Assembly (NCBI GenBank): GCA_023380415.1
Contig: JAMCRC010000025.1
Span: forward strand, 1 to 56,238
Length of the DNA stretch: 56,238 nt
Reading direction: 5' to 3'
Source of the DNA: Patescibacteria group bacterium
Lineage (GTDB): Bacteria; Patescibacteriota; Minisyncoccia; UBA6257; GWB1-50-10
Under the pieces are notes generated by a model, which had not been told where the DNA came from, searched no databases, and saw nothing but the letters and a program-made list of their open reading frames with translations. Made by a program: the position numbers and the translations under genes. Shown one piece after another: positions 44,222 to 54,688 of this stretch. Each line of letters begins with the position of its first letter. Within the stretch, counting starts at the first letter, position 1.

Positions 44222-44230
44222 TCCAATCAA

Positions 44231-44659
44231 ATGGACCTCAAAGAACAAGTTCAATCTTTGATCGCTAGAATGGGCTTCCCGGACGCCCAGGTTTCGGTCG
44301 ATGACGAGCACCATAAGATATCGGTGGTTATAGACGACGAGGCCGTCCGGGCCCAACTCCCATCGCTCCTGCCGGCCCTGGAGCACCTCGTGAACCTGAT
44401 CCTCCGGAAGGTAAAGTCGCCATCGTATGTCGTAGATCTGAACTACTACCGTCGGGAGCGCGAGCGGCTCATTATCGAGCTCGCCAAAGCAGCGGCTAAA
44501 AAAGCGGCGATGACCAAGGGGGAGGTCGCGCTGCCGCCGATGAACGCCTATGAACGGCGCCTGGTCCATGTGGAGATATCGACCAACCCCGATCTAATGA
44601 CGGAGAGCATCGGTGCCGGGAAGGACCGTCATATCGTCATTCAACCGACCAATCTCTAG
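44231..44659 (+). CDS. Jag/EloR-like R3H-domain RNA-binding protein (short)
   Basis: D.N.YR..R, LPPMNAYERRLVH and TES.G.G..R motifs; follows yidC. Confidence 0.85.
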   Translation: MDLKEQVQSLIARMGFPDAQVSVDDEHHKISVVIDDEAVRAQLPSLLPALEHLVNLILRKVKSPSYVVDLNYYRRERERLIIELAKAAAKKAAMTKGEVALPPMNAYERRLVHVEISTNPDLMTESIGAGKDRHIVIQPTNL

Positions 44660-45867
44660 TCGGAGTACTCCCCGTTCACGGCATTGCCCGGTCCGCCGGT
44701 GTTGGCGGGGACCTGTAGGGCGTACAAATATCCGTCCAGCCTATTGATGAAGTATAGATTACCCCCGGCCACAGCCGGGTCTTTTCCATCTATGGCGCCG
44801 ACGGCATTAGCCGGGACCGGCAGCGGAACGGTGCTGCCGTTCTGCGTATCTATGGCATAGAGGGCGTCGGTGGTGTAGAGCTTGTGTTCGATGTAGTCGT
44901 CCGGGAGCGAGGCGCTCTTAAAATCCTGATCGGTCGGAACGAAGCAGTATATCGTCGGCCCGGAATCGTCGGAACACTTGGATGGCAGCGTGGTGAACGG
45001 TATCGGCGCCAGGTTTTGCATAGTTTGGCTAGAAAGTATCTGGAAGCCGTTCGACGCCGAATAAGCGACCAATGTGGATCCGTTATTGACCAATTTGACC
45101 ATCAGGCCGTTCGCCGGGCCGATTATCGGGTTGATGGCGAGCGTCTTTAAATTCAAGCTCCAGACCCGGGAAGCGTAATTCGCCGCCCCCTTTTCTTCGA
45201 TAAGGAGGGTGTTGGGGGGGACAATGTCGAATTTCGTATCCAGGAAGCGGAAATCGTTGATGATTATCTTTGGTTGAGGCGGCGTCTTGGTCAGATCGAG
45301 CGACACTAGATTGATGTTCGAGCCGTTCTGGACGGTCGCGATCAGCGTCTGTGAATTACTTCCCCAGGTGGCCTGCAGGATATTCGCCGGAAGCGGGCGC
45401 CAGACCTGATCGATGGCGTCGTATATCCCCCAACTCGGGTTTTGCGGATCGCCGAAGGCGGCGAGTACGGAATTGTAATCCGGGCTGGCTTTGATGAAAT
45501 TGACGGCCGCCACTCCCTGCTGGGTGATCTGCGGGTTCTTTTGGCCCGGTTCGGCCTGCCAAACAAGGCCGTTCTGGTCCAGATAAAACACCTCCTGGGT
45601 GGCCGGATCAGTCCAGAAGAACGAAGCGGGGCGGTCGGAGACCTTGGTGAGCGTTCCGACGGAGATGCCGGACGTCGCGACCGCGGCGGTGCTTGTGGCG
45701 CCCGTGCTGGTGCTTGTGAGGCCGGCCAGGGGGAAGTATGGGGCGCTCGATGTGGATGCGCTTGGGGCAGAGGGAGATCCAGAGAACCAATTCCAGGCGA
45801 AATACACCAACAATCCCGCGACGACAATGATCGCGGCGATGACGATTATTTTGATATACGGCTTCAT
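44656..45867 (-). CDS. Membrane-anchored extracellular protein, beta-propeller-like
   Basis: N-terminal TM, S/T-rich linker and beta-rich body; last gene of the T4SS-like cluster. Confidence 0.75.
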   Translation of the reverse strand: MKPYIKIIVIAAIIVVAGLLVYFAWNWFSGSPSAPSASTSSAPYFPLAGLTSTSTGATSTAAVATSGISVGTLTKVSDRPASFFWTDPATQEVFYLDQNGLVWQAEPGQKNPQITQQGVAAVNFIKASPDYNSVLAAFGDPQNPSWGIYDAIDQVWRPLPANILQATWGSNSQTLIATVQNGSNINLVSLDLTKTPPQPKIIINDFRFLDTKFDIVPPNTLLIEEKGAANYASRVWSLNLKTLAINPIIGPANGLMVKLVNNGSTLVAYSASNGFQILSSQTMQNLAPIPFTTLPSKCSDDSGPTIYCFVPTDQDFKSASLPDDYIEHKLYTTDALYAIDTQNGSTVPLPVPANAVGAIDGKDPAVAGGNLYFINRLDGYLYALQVPANTGGPGNAVNGEYSD

Positions 45868-45868
45868 T

Positions 45869-47320
45869 TTAATTCGCGTTGCATCCAGCTACGGTAATAT
45901 GGACGTGGTTGGCGCTTGGATCGGTGCAGCTCACTATCCCCGTACTGCTTTCGCAGCGCGCCCCGCTCGCCTCGGGCTGTTTCACGTATTGGCCGCAATA
46001 CTGGGCTATCCCAACGAGGAAGTTATTGGCCGCCGTCCCGTCAAAAGCGCCATTCGGGCCGCTGTTAAAATCGAAGTCCATCGCTTCCGAGCCGAGGTTG
46101 CCGGCGCTCGTCGCGGTATGGCCGGTCTGATTCCCGCCGTAATGGCAGGAATTAACGGCGTGGACGCAGAACTTCTGCCCGTTGAGCGTCGCCGGATTGC
46201 CACGGGTGTAATTGCAGATCGTATTGCCTGTTTGTTGGTAGCTGTACGGCCCGGAGGTGAAGTTCGCGAGATTATGGCTCATGATGCAGGAGAACAGGTC
46301 CGATGTATCTTGGGCGATCCCGGCGACATAACCCTGGTAGTAGTACTTGGCGCCGCATGAAGATTGGTCGTGGCAGCCGATCGCGGCTTGGAGGGCGTTC
46401 GGGTCGTATTGACCGAAACCGCTTTGGGAGCTTTGAGCGCTCGGGTTGAGGGCGATCTGTTGATCGTGCGGGTAGCAAAGCTGGAGGGTCGGATTCAGGT
46501 TTATCATGGTCGGTGTCGACGAGCTGTCGTTCGGCTGGTAGGCGTAGATCAGGCATTTGGCGCCACTGACCGGACTCCCCGAGCCGGTGAAGTAAGGGTA
46601 CATCCAAACGCGGTCCCCGGCGTCTATGGTCTCTCCCTCGTCGTAGTATTGGTGGTCGTTCGTGATGTCTATACTGCTGCTCCCCACGTAACCCACGCGG
46701 AAAGCGCAATTCAGCGTCGGATTCCCGCCCTGATCGACTGATCCTGCGCCGTCCCAAGCGGCCGCTTGAGACATGCTTGCGTATGTCGCTGTGGCGGAGA
46801 TGGTCGAAGTATTGTTCGGATTCCAGGTGCTCTGGTTCAGTGGGATACATTCGGTGTCGGCGACGGAAAGGGTCTGGGTGCTGGCTGGCTTGGGCGGCGC
46901 AGGCAGGTCCGTCCCGGGCAGATTGAGATTCGATGTTATCTTCGGATTGATGGTGGTGAGTATGAGGTAGGAGGCGAGAAGGAGGCCGACGCCGTAGAGG
47001 GCCGAAAGGATGATATCCCGCGCGTCCTCTTGGGCGCTCGTATTTCCCGCCGAGATCGTATACTTGATGCCTCCGTAGACGATCATGAGGAGGGCGAGGA
47101 GGCCCGCGATGGCGAGAGCGATCTGATAGAAGGAATTGATGAAATTCCCTATCGACGTCGACGAAGCGAGCTGATTGCAGGTTCCGAAACCGACCGGGCA
47201 CGGGAAATTAAGGTTCACGATGTCACTTTGGGCGAACGCGCTCGGCGCGGCCGTAAGGCCGACCAGGACCACGAGACCGAGCATTACAAGAGATGTTTTT
47301 AAAATAGGTCTCATGTTCAC
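45869..47320 (-). CDS. T4SS pilin (VirB2/TrbC-like) with large Cys-rich extension and M15-like peptidase motifs
   Basis: Signal peptide (AFA); pilin core A..LA..MIVYGG..Y..SAGN....DAR..I..A..G..L...SY.IL..INP; C-terminal SCHYGG, AMDF and HVHI. Confidence 0.8.
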   Translation of the reverse strand: MNMRPILKTSLVMLGLVVLVGLTAAPSAFAQSDIVNLNFPCPVGFGTCNQLASSTSIGNFINSFYQIALAIAGLLALLMIVYGGIKYTISAGNTSAQEDARDIILSALYGVGLLLASYLILTTINPKITSNLNLPGTDLPAPPKPASTQTLSVADTECIPLNQSTWNPNNTSTISATATYASMSQAAAWDGAGSVDQGGNPTLNCAFRVGYVGSSSIDITNDHQYYDEGETIDAGDRVWMYPYFTGSGSPVSGAKCLIYAYQPNDSSSTPTMINLNPTLQLCYPHDQQIALNPSAQSSQSGFGQYDPNALQAAIGCHDQSSCGAKYYYQGYVAGIAQDTSDLFSCIMSHNLANFTSGPYSYQQTGNTICNYTRGNPATLNGQKFCVHAVNSCHYGGNQTGHTATSAGNLGSEAMDFDFNSGPNGAFDGTAANNFLVGIAQYCGQYVKQPEASGARCESSTGIVSCTDPSANHVHITVAGCNAN

Positions 47321-48015
47321 TTACCGATGATATTGAAGACGTTCACCGTTCGGCTGAATTCGAGGGGGTTTTGGATGTTTTGGGTAGTGAGCGTGACGGG
47401 CAGCATCTGCTGGCTCGATGATTGCGGGGTTCCGATATCCAACGTGAGCTGGTTACCGCTGCTCGTGACGGTCTGGCCGTTCAGCTGCCAAGTGAACTTA
47501 AGGTCCGAAAGCGAGCTCACGTTGAAGAAATAGGGCCAAGCCGTGAAGACGATCTTGCCTCCGGAGGGAATATTTTTCTGGACGGCCGGATAGTCGATGA
47601 CCGCGAAGGGCGGAGATGCCGTGATCGAGATCGAGCTGGTATTCGAGCCACTTCCGGTCTGGACTTGGACCCGGATGTTCACGAGGCCGGTCGGGTCGGG
47701 ACTCGCGGTGAAGATTATAGATTTGAGGCCGACGCCGCTTTGGATCAGATTATCATTAACAAACCAGCTCACTTGGGCCTGCCCCAAATTAACGAGGCGG
47801 TTCCCACTCAGCTCTTCTACCGAGGCCTTGACCGGGCTTCCTGGTGTGACCGAGGCCTTGCCGGGGAAATCAGCCGGGAAATAGTTCTGAGCTTGCCAGG
47901 TAATGATGACCGATGTGGCGGCCTGTCCGGCCGGGGTTTGAGCCCAGGCGAAATGGACCGCCGAGACGCCGCCGATCAGAATAGCCGCCCAAATGATTGA
48001 TTTATTCGTTCGCAT
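47317..48015 (-). CDS. Secreted protein with two Ig/PKD-like domains
   Basis: Signal peptide (AWA-Q); W.A..Y.P..FPGK, W.VN, PYFF and F.W.LNG patterns. Confidence 0.75.
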   Translation of the reverse strand: MRTNKSIIWAAILIGGVSAVHFAWAQTPAGQAATSVIITWQAQNYFPADFPGKASVTPGSPVKASVEELSGNRLVNLGQAQVSWFVNDNLIQSGVGLKSIIFTASPDPTGLVNIRVQVQTGSGSNTSSISITASPPFAVIDYPAVQKNIPSGGKIVFTAWPYFFNVSSLSDLKFTWQLNGQTVTSSGNQLTLDIGTPQSSSQQMLPVTLTTQNIQNPLEFSRTVNVFNIIGK

Positions 48016-48019
48016 CGGT

Positions 48020-48361
48020 TTAAGAGGCCAATTCCACCCCCTCCGCCTCCAGTGGGGCGTTCTTGGGATGGTTGTGCCAGTAGGCCTTGACGAGAAAGGC
48101 GCTGATCGGTCCGGGAACGAGCGGTATCAGGTCGATGGCGAACTGGATCAGGAATGATTTTAGTTTACCCGCCCCCGGATCACCCCTCCTTTTGAAGAAC
48201 CACTCCGTTCCGGTCGTCGAAGCGAAATTGAAAAGCCAGGCGGCCACGATCCCGACGAGCGTGCCGTCCAGGATATCGTTCATGATATAGAGCCCGAAAA
48301 GGAATGTGGCCAGAACAACCACCTCCGCGCCGTTTATCTTTTTGTATTCGCCCATGCCCAC
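48020..48361 (-). CDS. Small membrane protein
   Basis: 113 aa with hydrophobic segments and a DLIPLV motif; within the operon. Confidence 0.65.
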   Translation of the reverse strand: MGMGEYKKINGAEVVVLATFLFGLYIMNDILDGTLVGIVAAWLFNFASTTGTEWFFKRRGDPGAGKLKSFLIQFAIDLIPLVPGPISAFLVKAYWHNHPKNAPLEAEGVELAS

Positions 48362-48370
48362 CTTATTAGT

Positions 48371-50125
48371 TTATTCCTTTAGCCCTTTTATCTCCAGCAT
48401 TTGCTCGGGATTCGTGGTGATTATCTGGTCCTCGGTATACGAGGCGATGATCTTTATCGCTACGTGCTTCAATCCGGCGAAGAAAAGACCTTCGCCGACC
48501 GAGGCCTCGAGAAGGAACGCCTTTTCCCCTTCAGTGAGGCCGAAGGCCTTGGCGACCACATCGATGCTCGTCGGCGACTGTTTCAGGAGGAGCTGCAGGG
48601 ACGAGTTGGTGATTATCGGCTGGCCGTAATCTGACTTCAAAAAGTCCTCCACATCCTGGTTGATGGTCATAACGCCCAGATAGTACTTGCGGGCGCGCTT
48701 CACTAGGCCGAATAGGAATTGGGCGCTGTCCTGGTATTTCATCATGATCCAGGCCTCGTCCACGATCATTATCCTCTGCTTGAGCTCGGCCCGGATCAGG
48801 TTCCAGACGAAGTTCAAGATTATATACATCGCGATGGGGCGCAGCTCCTCCTCGAGATCGCGGATCGAGAAGACGATCAGGCGGTTCTTGATATCGACGT
48901 TCGTCGGGGCGTTGGTGAAGCCGGAATAGGACCCGTTCACGTATTTATCGAGCCGGGCCGCCATGCCCTTGCCGCCCTCGGTGCTCTGGAGGATCGTCTG
49001 AAGGTCGCCCAGAAGCGGCGGATTCAATTCCTTCAGGGACCCGAAGTTGTCGGCGGTGATGTCGCGCGAAGCGTATGTCTCGGTAATGGCTCGGTCGAGC
49101 ATCGCTTCTTCTTCCGGAGTGATCTTGCCGAGCATCAGTTTCACGAGGCCCGTCAGGTTCAGAATGTGCGATTTGAAAACGTCGGCCGGTTCCTCTCCCT
49201 CCGGAATGATCGGGATGTCGAACGGGTTGATGTGACTCTCGGAGGTGAGCGATATTTTGAAGTAGCTTCCGCCGATCGCGTTCGCCAGGTTCTGGTATTC
49301 GTTCTCCGGGTCGATGACGAGGACATCGGTACCCATCATCATCGAGCGCAGGATCTGGAGTTTGGCGGCGTACGATTTGCCGGAGCCGGATTTGGCGAAG
49401 ACGACCATGTTCGCGTTCTCCAGGGAGAATCGGTCGAAGATGATCAAGCTCTGATTGTTCAGGTTGATGCCGTAAAGGATGCCGTTCTCCGAAGAGAGCT
49501 CGGGCGACACGAAGGGGAAGAGCGATGAGGCCGGGCCGGTATTGAGGGGGGTCCGGAGGGCGAGCCTGTCCTCGCCGAGCGGCATGACCGACGTCAGGCC
49601 TTCCGTTTGGCGGAAAAGAGCGGGCTTTGCGTAGACCAGCTTGCTCTCGAGCGTGTTCACCACGGTCTCTTCGAGGGTTTTGAGATCATCCTCGGCCGGA
49701 GCGTAGAGCGTTATGTAGACCCCGACCTCGAAGAGGCGCTCACGGGCTTGCTGGAGGGCGTCTCGGAGCGTCTCGACGTCATCGTGGGCCGTCTCTAATA
49801 TCGGGTCGCGGACTATCCCCTTCGACTCTTTTTCGTTTATCTCGGCCTCGATCTGGGCCACCTTTTTCCGGAGGTTCCGGAGCGCAAGGGCCGTGTCCAT
49901 CGGATGCATGAAGATAGAGATGTCGATCATGGCCGGCAGGTTGATGATGGAGGAGAACCAGCCGCTCGTGACGAAGCGCGGATAGGTGAATATGAATATG
50001 GTCTTCGTGTAGTAGTCGCCGATCTTCAGATAATTGCTGCCGACCTCGAGTCCGGCCGGCGCAATTATGTTCGGCAGGTCTTCGTCTCCCGGCTGGTAGG
50101 CCTTGGGTAGTTTGATATTATCCAT
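48371..50125 (-). CDS. virB4: VirB4/TraC-like T4SS ATPase
   Basis: ASSLFPF, LYGIN, DRF..ENAN, AKSGSGKS, IDPE.EY, INPFD, VDEAW, RARKY and QDV.DF motifs; likely start ATG 50125. Confidence 0.93.
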   Translation of the reverse strand: MDNIKLPKAYQPGDEDLPNIIAPAGLEVGSNYLKIGDYYTKTIFIFTYPRFVTSGWFSSIINLPAMIDISIFMHPMDTALALRNLRKKVAQIEAEINEKESKGIVRDPILETAHDDVETLRDALQQARERLFEVGVYITLYAPAEDDLKTLEETVVNTLESKLVYAKPALFRQTEGLTSVMPLGEDRLALRTPLNTGPASSLFPFVSPELSSENGILYGINLNNQSLIIFDRFSLENANMVVFAKSGSGKSYAAKLQILRSMMMGTDVLVIDPENEYQNLANAIGGSYFKISLTSESHINPFDIPIIPEGEEPADVFKSHILNLTGLVKLMLGKITPEEEAMLDRAITETYASRDITADNFGSLKELNPPLLGDLQTILQSTEGGKGMAARLDKYVNGSYSGFTNAPTNVDIKNRLIVFSIRDLEEELRPIAMYIILNFVWNLIRAELKQRIMIVDEAWIMMKYQDSAQFLFGLVKRARKYYLGVMTINQDVEDFLKSDYGQPIITNSSLQLLLKQSPTSIDVVAKAFGLTEGEKAFLLEASVGEGLFFAGLKHVAIKIIASYTEDQIITTNPEQMLEIKGLKE

Positions 50126-50126
50126 T

Positions 50127-50780
50127 TTATTGGGCGGCGATGTCTTTTTTCTCGACGAGTTGCGGATTATAGAGATTGTAGAAGAGTTCGACGAGGTCAT
50201 CGTCCTCTAAAGGGACGGCTCGGAGGCCGATCTGGTTGAGTCCCGTGATGACCTGTTCGCTGCGGCGCCGGAGCTGTTCCAGGTTTTCCTGCAAGGTCGC
50301 TTCGGCTGCGGCTTTGGCCGAAGATTTATTGCCTCCGAAGAAAGACATCAACCCCTTGGATCCGCCGCCGGGGATGACGACCGGATCGTAGGGCACGACG
50401 GCGAAAAACGTCTTGGTGATGATGGCGTTCTCCTGAACGAAGTTACGGATGAAGTTGATGTATTCTTCGATCTGGATCTTCAGAAGCTCATTCCCCTCTT
50501 CTTCCTTGCGGGACTCCATTAGTTTCAAGTACTTGTCGACGTTGACTTTCCGCGAATGGATGAAGAATTGGACGGAGAAATCGAGCGCGTTCAGGAAGTT
50601 CTGGAACGTTCCGAGGATCAGGTTCTGCTCGTCGTCGGACTTGAGGTCGAAATTAACGCCCGAAACGATAAGGATCTGGCGCAACCCCTTGTTTTTGAGA
50701 TAGACCACGCCGTCCTTTATCGACTTCACCTCGACGAAATCCTGGGACGGCTTGGTTGGTTGTTGTTTGGTCTCGGCCAT
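50127..50780 (-). CDS. TraC/VirB4-N-terminal-like T4SS accessory protein
   Basis: SQDFV.V..IKDG, SGVNF.LKS..EQ, F.NFLN.L.F and ELFY..YNP pattern; directly upstream of virB4. Confidence 0.75.
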   Translation of the reverse strand: MAETKQQPTKPSQDFVEVKSIKDGVVYLKNKGLRQILIVSGVNFDLKSDDEQNLILGTFQNFLNALDFSVQFFIHSRKVNVDKYLKLMESRKEEEGNELLKIQIEEYINFIRNFVQENAIITKTFFAVVPYDPVVIPGGGSKGLMSFFGGNKSSAKAAAEATLQENLEQLRRRSEQVITGLNQIGLRAVPLEDDDLVELFYNLYNPQLVEKKDIAAQ

Positions 50781-50794
50781 TTTGATCTATTTTA

Positions 50795-51286
50795 TCAATA
50801 ATCCACCCTTTTTGCCTGCTTGCGCTCTCCGGTCAGATAGACGACGGTTTCGTAACCCCGGGTCTCCCCTCCGGCGGGCGTCTTGGGGGCGAATATCCTG
50901 CCGGTCGTTACGCTCAAGGCGACGTTCTTCAGCCGCTCTTCGAGGCCCATTTTGTGGCGCAGACTGTCGATCTTGTTGAACTTGTCCAGTTCTATCGTTG
51001 TCGTGGGGTTTACCCTCTGCCAGGTATAGGTCCGCGGCTGCCAGAAGTATGAAAAGGCCGAAGCGACTATGCTTGGAAAATCCTGGCCATTTATCTTCAC
51101 GAAGGCGAAAGCGACCCCGATGAGCCCCAGGATGACGGTGGCGACTACGGCGAAGAAAAGATTGAATATCTGGAACGAGATATAGCCCAAAAGTGCCGCC
51201 CCGCCGACGTAGAAGAATTGCTGGAGGGTGAGAAAACCGACGATCTTCGGCTTCTGATCTATAAATTGGGGGACTTGGAATTCCAT
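50795..51286 (-). CDS. PrgI family (VirB3-like) membrane protein
   Basis: M.FQVPQFID..KIVG.LT..QF, two TM segments, K.NG. Confidence 0.85.
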   Translation of the reverse strand: MEFQVPQFIDQKPKIVGFLTLQQFFYVGGAALLGYISFQIFNLFFAVVATVILGLIGVAFAFVKINGQDFPSIVASAFSYFWQPRTYTWQRVNPTTTIELDKFNKIDSLRHKMGLEERLKNVALSVTTGRIFAPKTPAGGETRGYETVVYLTGERKQAKRVDY

Positions 51287-52777
51287 TTATTCTCCTTTGA
51301 GGTCTATAACGTTGCCTTCCACCTTCGGTTCCGGCCTCTTGATGGCCCCTAATATGGCCGGCCCATCGGAGGTCGAATCTCCCTTAGGAGGTTCGACCTC
51401 CCCAATATTCTCCGTCGCGGGACTCTGACTCGCAGGCATCTTCATAACGTCATTCCGAGCCATTGGCGAGGAACCCACTTTTGGTGCGGCGAAGACCTTA
51501 TCCGGAACCTCTTCCGCTTTCGGCTTGATGACCACGGACGGCCTCTCGTTCACCTCCGGTCCGGCCGGTTTGGTTTCGGCGGCGAGCGGCGCCGGCGTCT
51601 CCGTAAGCGGCTTCGCCTCCCCCACATTAAGGAAAGAGGGCTCCTCGAAGGATGTAAGCGGAGTCCTGGTCTCGCTGTAATGGACGACGCGCTTTTCTTC
51701 CGGCTTGACGCCTGGTATCTCGAGCTTCGCGAAGGGCGACCTGGTCTCGTTGCCCTGAGGCCGTTTCTTGAGGAAAAAACCTCCGATCGGCGAAATAACG
51801 CTTCGGATGGCCGGTCTTCCGACGACCGTTCCGGGCGCCTCTTCCTCGTGGAGGATGAAAGGGGCGTCCGGTTTCTTTTCTTTGAGTGTGACGCCCGCCG
51901 CCGGCGCGGCCTCGACCGGGATCGGTTCGGCTTGGGTTTCGCCTATATTCTCGATGGATATCACCTTCTCTTTCGGCCCCTCGCCTTCCCCGCCGGCCGG
52001 TTCGTAGATGGAGCTGATGGAGCCGGTGAGCCCGCCGATGACGCCCGCCCGGATGTCGGCCGCTATTTCGGCGCAAACCCGGCGGTCTATCCCGGTTTTC
52101 TCCTCGATGGTCTTTTCCAGATCGTCCATATGGACGAAGCCGAGTATCACTTGGCCGGCCATGGCCGCCACCTGGGCCGTCTTGCCGTCGCTCAAATGGT
52201 GATTGGTGCAGGTGCGGTAAATGGCCTGCGAATTCTCATAGGAATAAAGGGCCTGCTGCAGATCGTCTGTCACGAAACGGTAACGCTTCAAATATTTTCC
52301 GCCTTCCTCGTTGCCTGAGGCGTTCGGATCGAGACCGGTGATCTGCGCCGGCGCGGCGATGATGAAACTGTAGATCGACGGTCTCTCGGCCTTGAGCCAA
52401 TCGAGCTTACCGCTCCCAGTATCCCCCGGAACGGTTTGCCAGAAGAGCCGCTGGAATTCTTCCTGGGAACGGGGCGAAAGATCTTGGAGCACGACGCTCA
52501 ACGATTTGCCGTTCGCGCTCCCCAGTACGGCCCGGACGATCTCCGGCCTCACGCTCTTTTGCCAGTCGTCCTCATTAAGGTCCCCGAGGACCATCGGGAT
52601 TCCCGCGAACACATCCTCCCAGTCCACTCCCTGCCATTCCTCCAAGGAGAAATCGCCGAAAGCGTCCTCGAGCGCTTTCTCGGCCGGAGAGAATTGTTTC
52701 TTTTGCAGGGGGTCCCAGACCGCGTCGTCCCAGACCGGGAGTATGTTAAGTATTGTTTGGATGTCGTCTTCCATCAT
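51287..52777 (-). CDS. Hypothetical protein, helical N-half and Pro/Glu-rich low-complexity C-half
   Basis: 496 aa ORF tightly packed in the operon; ends GNVIDLK. Confidence 0.7.
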   Translation of the reverse strand: MMEDDIQTILNILPVWDDAVWDPLQKKQFSPAEKALEDAFGDFSLEEWQGVDWEDVFAGIPMVLGDLNEDDWQKSVRPEIVRAVLGSANGKSLSVVLQDLSPRSQEEFQRLFWQTVPGDTGSGKLDWLKAERPSIYSFIIAAPAQITGLDPNASGNEEGGKYLKRYRFVTDDLQQALYSYENSQAIYRTCTNHHLSDGKTAQVAAMAGQVILGFVHMDDLEKTIEEKTGIDRRVCAEIAADIRAGVIGGLTGSISSIYEPAGGEGEGPKEKVISIENIGETQAEPIPVEAAPAAGVTLKEKKPDAPFILHEEEAPGTVVGRPAIRSVISPIGGFFLKKRPQGNETRSPFAKLEIPGVKPEEKRVVHYSETRTPLTSFEEPSFLNVGEAKPLTETPAPLAAETKPAGPEVNERPSVVIKPKAEEVPDKVFAAPKVGSSPMARNDVMKMPASQSPATENIGEVEPPKGDSTSDGPAILGAIKRPEPKVEGNVIDLKGE

Positions 52778-52786
52778 ATGGGTTGG

Positions 52787-54688
52787 TTATTTTTTGCCGC
52801 CGCCCTCCCCGCCGCCGGCCGGTTTGGCGCCGCTTTCGGGCTTCTTCTCGCCGCCCTCGCCGCCCTCTTCATAAACCTCCTTCATCAGCTTTTCGATCTT
52901 GTCGGTCTTGCCTTCGGTCTCGCCGAACGACCGGTTGGTCACGCCGTAGACCTGGCCGAGTCGGGTCTCGGCGATCGGCGACCCCTTGAACTTCTTGCCG
53001 CGCGTGGCTTTCATTGTCGCCTCGGCCTTCACGAACTCTTCGCGGGCCTTCTTCGGCAGTTGGGCCATGATCTCCGCCATATCCCGGACCGCATCGACGG
53101 CTCCCTTGGTGTCCTCGGTCACTTTCTCCCGGTTGGCGATGGCCTTTGCGAGCGCCTCTCTGGCGGGACCGCTCTTCTTGAGATCGCCCTCCTTTTCGGC
53201 CGCGGCAAGGGCGGCTTCGGCATCCTCGACCTGGGTCGCCGCCATCCGGCGTTTTTCGAGCGCGGTTTCCGCGGCGTCATCGCGCTTCCGTTTCTCTTTC
53301 ATGACCTTCATGGCGTAGGCGACTCGGCTGGGATTGTCCATGCTGTAATATTGTCGTCCGCCCTCCCTCAGGTCCTTGGGGATCTTTTTATTGGCATCCG
53401 ATACCAATTTCTCGTATTTGGCCCGTTGATTGGACAAAACGTTGCCGGTGTTCCTGACCGGCGCTCCCAACCAACGCAGGCCGCGAGGAAGGTCTTGACC
53501 GAATCTTTGAAGGCCGCCCACGACATTGCGTCCTCTTTCCGTCCGCAGAGGATAGGTGGCGGCTCTTTGAGCCAGACGGGTCGATGTGTTCTTCGCCCAT
53601 TTCTTGGTGCTGTCACCCACTCCTTTGGCGAGCTTAATGGCTCCCGCGGCGCCCGTGATGCCCATATTCTTCGCGACGAAGAGACCGCCGATCATGAGCC
53701 CGCAGAGGATGATCATCTTGATGCCCTGATTGAAAACATTGCTCAAAGTTCCCCCGAGCGAGGACGAGGTGTCGATGGGTAAGCTGTCGAAGAATTGGAC
53801 GCTCGTGAGAGCAAGGTAGATGAAGAAGGCGACCGCCGGAAGGAAGAAGACCCAATCGAGGAACCGGCTCCACCAGTCATGAAATATCTTATTGAGCGGC
53901 GGAAAGACCCAAAAGAGCCAGGTGATGGGGGCGGTGAGGAGCAGGATCGAGAGCATGACGTACCGGACGATGAGCATGAAGGCCAGGGCGAACATCACGA
54001 GGGCCGCGATGAGCGTAAAGACCATCGAGAAGACCAGTCCGGCAATGCCGGTCAATATCGCTTCGCCGAAACCGGAAGCGGCGCTCCCCTGGTCGGACGG
54101 GTTCGGCGGCGGCGGATTCTGGGGCGGCAGGTAAAGGGCCTGCGGTTCGAAGGCAACGGTAATGGCGGTGGCGAATTCGCTCGGGCTGCCGCCGAGCTTG
54201 CCGGCCAGAAAGACGTTCGTGAGCGAGTCCGAAAATACGATGAACGCTCCGGCGATGGTCAAACTGAAGTTCACGATGATGGCGGCCGCGATAAGCTTGG
54301 GGAGGAGGCTTTTCGCGTTGTACTCCTTGTAGCGGACGATGGTCGCCACAGCGATGATTATCATCACGAGAACGAACCCGAGGTTCGCGATGTCCCGGAG
54401 GATGGTCCAGCCGATCGTCACTATCTGATTCTGGTGGTTCAATATTTGTCCGTTCAGATTGAGGGCCACTTGGACCAGATAGCTCCCGAGGATGTAAAGG
54501 AGGCCGAACAGGAAGTTGAAGACGTAAGCGATGGCCCGGAAACCGGCGGTGACGAGGCCGGCGGGGCTCAGATCGACGCCGAAGAGCGAAACGGCGTGGG
54601 TCGTCTGCGGCAGAACCAAGAGAGGCGCGGCGATAAGAAACGCCACGGCCGCGACCTTCAAGAATTTCTTGTATTCTTTATTCTTCAT
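52787..54688 (-). CDS. VirB6/TrbL-like polytopic T4SS membrane protein with charged C-terminal tail
   Basis: Signal peptide; GW.ILRDIAN, LP.LI.AAI.VNFS, R...L..L....P and W..W motifs; helical K/E/A-rich tail. Confidence 0.8.
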   Translation of the reverse strand: MKNKEYKKFLKVAAVAFLIAAPLLVLPQTTHAVSLFGVDLSPAGLVTAGFRAIAYVFNFLFGLLYILGSYLVQVALNLNGQILNHQNQIVTIGWTILRDIANLGFVLVMIIIAVATIVRYKEYNAKSLLPKLIAAAIIVNFSLTIAGAFIVFSDSLTNVFLAGKLGGSPSEFATAITVAFEPQALYLPPQNPPPPNPSDQGSAASGFGEAILTGIAGLVFSMVFTLIAALVMFALAFMLIVRYVMLSILLLTAPITWLFWVFPPLNKIFHDWWSRFLDWVFFLPAVAFFIYLALTSVQFFDSLPIDTSSSLGGTLSNVFNQGIKMIILCGLMIGGLFVAKNMGITGAAGAIKLAKGVGDSTKKWAKNTSTRLAQRAATYPLRTERGRNVVGGLQRFGQDLPRGLRWLGAPVRNTGNVLSNQRAKYEKLVSDANKKIPKDLREGGRQYYSMDNPSRVAYAMKVMKEKRKRDDAAETALEKRRMAATQVEDAEAALAAAEKEGDLKKSGPAREALAKAIANREKVTEDTKGAVDAVRDMAEIMAQLPKKAREEFVKAEATMKATRGKKFKGSPIAETRLGQVYGVTNRSFGETEGKTDKIEKLMKEVYEEGGEGGEKKPESGAKPAGGGEGGGKK

